Below, one piece after another: positions 60,315 through 64,000 of a stretch of DNA of 64,000 bases. Both the position numbers and the translations under genes were made by a program. The notes below the pieces were generated by a model that was given only the letters and a program-made list of their open reading frames with translations, was not told where the DNA came from and made no database searches. Position 1 is the stretch's first letter. The number at the start of each line of letters is the position of its first letter. The stretch comes from Ruminiclostridium sp. (lineage in GTDB: Bacteria; Bacillota; Clostridia; Oscillospirales; Oscillospiraceae), in the NCBI GenBank assembly GCA_022792035.1, contig JAAWAE010000103.1, positions 2,257 to 66,256 of the forward strand, written 5' to 3'.

Positions 60315-60522
60315 GATCTTGGCTCCTTTATTTTCCAGGGCAGGGCTGCCCTGAGGGGATGAGGCGAAGTTGCCTCTCATTGGATGTATTATAACAGAAA
60401 CAGAAGGAACATACAAGGAAATGTTCTGGATAGAGCGGGTCCCGTCGCAGTGTTTTTTGCGGTCCTAACCGCCCCGAGGGGTGCATAGGCTTGTACCACA
60501 CGGACAAGAGGGAGGGAGCGCC

Positions 60523-61980
60523 ATGACATTGAACGGGGCACGGGCAGGGGAGCGATACCTTGTCCTGAAGGTCCGGGGCCGGGGGGCGCTGCGGCGGCGT
60601 CTGCTGGACATGGGCATTTTGAAGGATACGGTCCTCACGGTCACGGGGGCGGTGCCCCTGGGAGGGCCGCTGGAGCTGTCCCTGCGCAGCTACGTTCTGA
60701 CCCTGCGGCGGGAGGATGCCGCGCTGGTGGAGGTCCGGCCCCTGCCGGGGACGGGACCGGGGCGGCGGGGATGGGACAGGCTCCTGCTGCATCCGGTGCT
60801 GGCCCTGCCCATCCTGGCGCTGAGCCTGCTTTCCATGTTCTGGTTCTCCATCCATGTGGTGGGGGGCTGGACCGCCGGGGCGGGGGATGCCCTGCTGGTC
60901 CAGGGATGGGAGGTAGGGGGACACCGTGTCCCTGGTCTGGCTGTCCTGCTGGAGTGGAGGCTCCAGGGCTGTCCCGTCTGGTTCCGGGCCTTTTTGCTGG
61001 ACGGGGTGCTGGCCGGGGTGGGGACGGTGCTGGGGTTCCTGCCCCAGCTGGCGGCGCTCTTTCTCTGTCTGAGTTTTTTGGAGGGCTGCGGCTATCTCAC
61101 CCGGGGGGCCTGCCTCCTGGACCGCCTGCTGCGCCCCTTCGGCCTGTCCGGCCACTGCGCGGCCTCTTACGTCCTGGCCTGCGGGTGCGCGGTGCCGGGG
61201 GTGCTCTCCTGCCGGACCATCCCCCAGGAGAGCTGCCGGCGCCTGACCATCCTCACGGCCTCTTTCCTGCCCTGCGGGGCCAAGCTGCCGCTGATCGCCC
61301 TGGTGGGGGAGCTGGCTTTCCCGGGGTGCTGGTGGCTGGCGCCTGGGGCCTATCTTCTGGGCTTGGCCGCGGTTCTCTTCACCGCTTGGCTCCTCCACGG
61401 CACCCCGCTGTTTCCCCGGGAGGAGGTGCCCTTCCTGCTGGAACTGCCGCCGCTGCGTCTGCCGACCCTGGAGAATTTGTGGGCGGGGACCGGGGAGCGG
61501 CTGATGGAATTTTTGAAAAAGGCCGGGTCCCTGCTGGTGCTGGCCTCGGCGGCGGTTTGGGCGGCGGCGTCCTTCGGCTTCGGACCGGACGGGTTTGCCT
61601 ATTTGGGGCCGGAGGGGTTAGAATACAGCTTCCTGGCCGCCTTGGGCCGCGGCCTCTGGCCCCTCTTCGCCCTGGGGGGCTGGGGGGACTGGCGCAGTGT
61701 GGTGGCCGCCCTCTCGGGGCTGCTGGCCAAGGAGAGCGTGGTGGGGACGCTGGCCATCCTGGGGACCCCGGCGGCGCTGGGGCATCCCGCCGCGGCGCTG
61801 TCCTTTTTGCTCTTCAACCTCTTCTGTCCCCCCTGTGCCGCCGCCTGCGGGGCCATGAGGCAGGAGCTGGGCAGCGGGAGGGCCTTTGTTCTGGCCTTGG
61901 GCTATCAGACCCTCTTTGCCCTCCTCCTCTCGGCGGGGGTCTATCAGGGCGGGGCCCTCCTGGGACGGCTCCTGGCTTAG
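60523..61980 (+). CDS. FeoA domain fused to a FeoB-like membrane domain, GTPase domain absent
   Basis: RRRLLDMG..PLGGPLEL..LRREDA (FeoA) then directly DRLLLHP, GFLPQ, LEGCGY, FGLSG, GCAVP, PCGAKLP, LELP, AKESVV, PPCAAA (FeoB TM). Confidence 0.85.
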   Translation: MTLNGARAGERYLVLKVRGRGALRRRLLDMGILKDTVLTVTGAVPLGGPLELSLRSYVLTLRREDAALVEVRPLPGTGPGRRGWDRLLLHPVLALPILALSLLSMFWFSIHVVGGWTAGAGDALLVQGWEVGGHRVPGLAVLLEWRLQGCPVWFRAFLLDGVLAGVGTVLGFLPQLAALFLCLSFLEGCGYLTRGACLLDRLLRPFGLSGHCAASYVLACGCAVPGVLSCRTIPQESCRRLTILTASFLPCGAKLPLIALVGELAFPGCWWLAPGAYLLGLAAVLFTAWLLHGTPLFPREEVPFLLELPPLRLPTLENLWAGTGERLMEFLKKAGSLLVLASAAVWAAASFGFGPDGFAYLGPEGLEYSFLAALGRGLWPLFALGGWGDWRSVVAALSGLLAKESVVGTLAILGTPAALGHPAAALSFLLFNLFCPPCAAACGAMRQELGSGRAFVLALGYQTLFALLLSAGVYQGGALLGRLLA

Positions 61981-62159
61981 CGCCATTTTCACAAAAAATG
62001 GTGGAGCCGTCCGGCGAAAATCAGCAGGGCAGATAGGGGAAAGCCCATGACTTCCCCCGGATTCTGTGGTAAAATAAAAAGGGTATACGCACGCAGCTTC
62101 CAGGCTGTGACTCTGCCGGCGGGGACCGCCCGCCGCATTGAGAAAGGAACGGACCTGCC

Positions 62160-62993
62160 ATGAAAGAATTTAAGGGAAGCAGCAGCTATGTGGTTTCCGC
62201 AGATCTGCTGCGCATCGTCAACGTCGCCATTGCACTGGAAAAGCCCCTGCTCATCAAGGGCGAGCCGGGCACCGGCAAAACCATGCTGGCCCAGGCCATC
62301 AGCGAGGCTTTGGGCAAGAAGCTCATCATCTGGAACATCAAGTCCACCACCAAGGCCCAGGACGGCCTCTATGTCTACGATACCGTCCAGCGCCTCTACG
62401 ACAGCCAGTTCGGCGGCGAAGGGGTGGACGATATCCGCAAGTATATCAAGCTGGGCAAGCTGGGAGAAGCCTTCTCCGCCGACGAGCAGGTGATCCTCCT
62501 CATCGACGAGATCGACAAGGCCGACCTGGAGTTCCCCAACGACCTTTTGTGGGAGCTGGACAAGATGGAGTTCTATATCCCCGAGACCAAGCAGACCATC
62601 GCCGCCAAGCAGCGCCCCATCGTCATCATCACCTCCACCGCCGAAAAGGAACTGCCCGACGCCTTCCTGCGCCGGTGCATCTTCCACTATATCGCCTTCC
62701 CCGACCAGGACATGATGCGTGACATCGTCCACGCCCACTATCCTGACATCGAGGACAAGCTCCTGGAGCTGGCCATGCGGGGCTTCTATCAGGTCCGGGA
62801 CCTGCCCACTGTGGCCAAAAAGCCCTCCACCTCGGAGCTTTTGGACTGGCTCCAGGCTCTGAGCCTGGGCGGGGTAGACCCGAAGAAGATCGAGGAAGAA
62901 CTGCCCTACGCCGGCATTTTGCTGAAAAAGACCGAGGACCTCACCGCCGTGAAGAACGCCAGGAACCGGCCCAAGAACGGCTACCGCTGGTAA
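62160..62993 (+). CDS. MoxR-family AAA+ ATPase
   Basis: GEPGTGKT, LLIDEIDKAD.EFPNDLL, ELPDAFLRRC, KKPSTSEL. Confidence 0.92.
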   Translation: MKEFKGSSSYVVSADLLRIVNVAIALEKPLLIKGEPGTGKTMLAQAISEALGKKLIIWNIKSTTKAQDGLYVYDTVQRLYDSQFGGEGVDDIRKYIKLGKLGEAFSADEQVILLIDEIDKADLEFPNDLLWELDKMEFYIPETKQTIAAKQRPIVIITSTAEKELPDAFLRRCIFHYIAFPDQDMMRDIVHAHYPDIEDKLLELAMRGFYQVRDLPTVAKKPSTSELLDWLQALSLGGVDPKKIEEELPYAGILLKKTEDLTAVKNARNRPKNGYRW

Positions 62994-63011
62994 GGAAAGG
63001 CAGGTGCCCTC

Positions 63012-64000
63012 TTGTTCACGAAGCTATTTTATCTGCTGCGGGCCCGGGGGCTGATGGTCTCCATGAACGAGTGGCTGTCGCTGATGGAGGCCCTGGAACG
63101 GGGCCTGTGCCGCAACAGCTTGCTGGAGTTCTACTATGTGGCCCGGGCGATCTTGGTGAAGACGGAGGCGGACTTTGACAAGTTCGACGAGGTCTTCCTC
63201 CTCTACTTTGAGCACGTCCAGCACCTGGAGGAGATCCCCCAGGAGCTTATGGACTGGCTCCACGACCCCAAGAACATGAAGAAGTACGACAAGGACGAGG
63301 TGGACGCCCGCACCACCTTCGACTTGGAAAAGCTCCGGGAGATGCTGGAAGAGCGCTTGAAGGAGCAGCACGAGCGCCACGACGGCGGACAGTACTGGGT
63401 GGGCACCGGCGGCACCTCCGCCCTGGGCCACTCCGGCTACGCCGCCACGGGCATCCGGGTAGGAGGCGAGGGCCAGCACCGCCATGCCCTCCAAGTGGCC
63501 GGGGAGCGGAATTTCCGGGACTTCCGGGAGGACAGCACCCTGGACCAGCGCTCCTTCCAGCTGGCCTTCCGCCGGCTGCGCCAGCTGACCACCCGGCAGG
63601 ACGGTCCCATGGACGTTTTGAACCTGGACCGGACCATCGAGAAAACCTGCGACAACGCCGGCCAGCTCCAGCTGGAGTTCGACCGGCCCCGGACCAACGA
63701 CGTCAAGGTCATGCTCCTCTTCGACTCCGGCGGGTCCATGACGCCCTACGCCAAGCTGTGCAGCCAGCTCTTCCAGGCGGTGAACCGGGCCAACAATTTC
63801 AAGGACCTGCGGATCTACTACTTCCACAACTGCTGGTATTCCGACCTCTACACGGACCCGCGCTGTATGTACGGCGAGAGTGTCCAGACCCAGTGGGTCA
63901 TCAACAACCTCAGCCGGGAGTATAAGGTCATCGTGGTGGGGGATGCCTCCATGGCGCCCTCGGAGCTGACTTGGATCGGCGGCAGCAGTTTTTACAACCG
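63012..64000 (+). CDS. VWA-domain (CoxE-like) MoxR partner, runs off the right edge
   Basis: TTG start; ERHDGGQYWVGTGGTS..GHSG, MIDAS DSGGSM, YYFHNC, VGDASMAP. Confidence 0.88.
   Translation, partial: MFTKLFYLLRARGLMVSMNEWLSLMEALERGLCRNSLLEFYYVARAILVKTEADFDKFDEVFLLYFEHVQHLEEIPQELMDWLHDPKNMKKYDKDEVDARTTFDLEKLREMLEERLKEQHERHDGGQYWVGTGGTSALGHSGYAATGIRVGGEGQHRHALQVAGERNFRDFREDSTLDQRSFQLAFRRLRQLTTRQDGPMDVLNLDRTIEKTCDNAGQLQLEFDRPRTNDVKVMLLFDSGGSMTPYAKLCSQLFQAVNRANNFKDLRIYYFHNCWYSDLYTDPRCMYGESVQTQWVINNLSREYKVIVVGDASMAPSELTWIGGSSFYN

Noticed and set aside
62080-62150. Possible riboswitch before the MoxR gene
   Set aside because: Two GC-rich hairpins only, no recognisable aptamer or expression platform; expected by chance at this GC content

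Overview
GC-rich chromosomal window from a Clostridia-type Firmicute, probably Oscillospiraceae. The assignment is inferred from SLH surface proteins, the SCIFF locus, a Na+ V-ATPase, DUF3793/DUF2325 and sigmaA-type promoters. It is mostly housekeeping and accessory genes: three SLH-anchored proteins (one with a C-type lectin domain, one with a GH5 domain), peptidases, orphan OppD/OppF ATPases, an LTA synthase, an 8-gene shikimate/Phe/Tyr operon, a module of twin secreted proteins + ABC transporter + two-component system, a 10-gene V-type ATPase operon with two K subunits, HigBA, PadR/DUF2812 modules, cinA, thiI, a YifB ATPase, scfAB, rubrerythrin, a FeoA-FeoB-like fusion and MoxR/VWA. No rRNA, tRNA, CRISPR array, integrase or transposase was seen. 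The most notable elements are not called as such in the ORF track. (1) A complete candidate type I toxin-antitoxin cassette at about 33128-33423: a 26-aa cationic beta-type peptide, a sequestered SD, 5'/3' fold-back arms and a convergent antisense RNA. (2) A Phe/Tyr-rich leader-peptide attenuator ahead of the aro operon. (3) A stand-alone 48-aa gene. Also of note are a FeoB lacking its GTPase domain and two homopolymer frameshifts. All family calls come from motif recognition by eye, not database searches.
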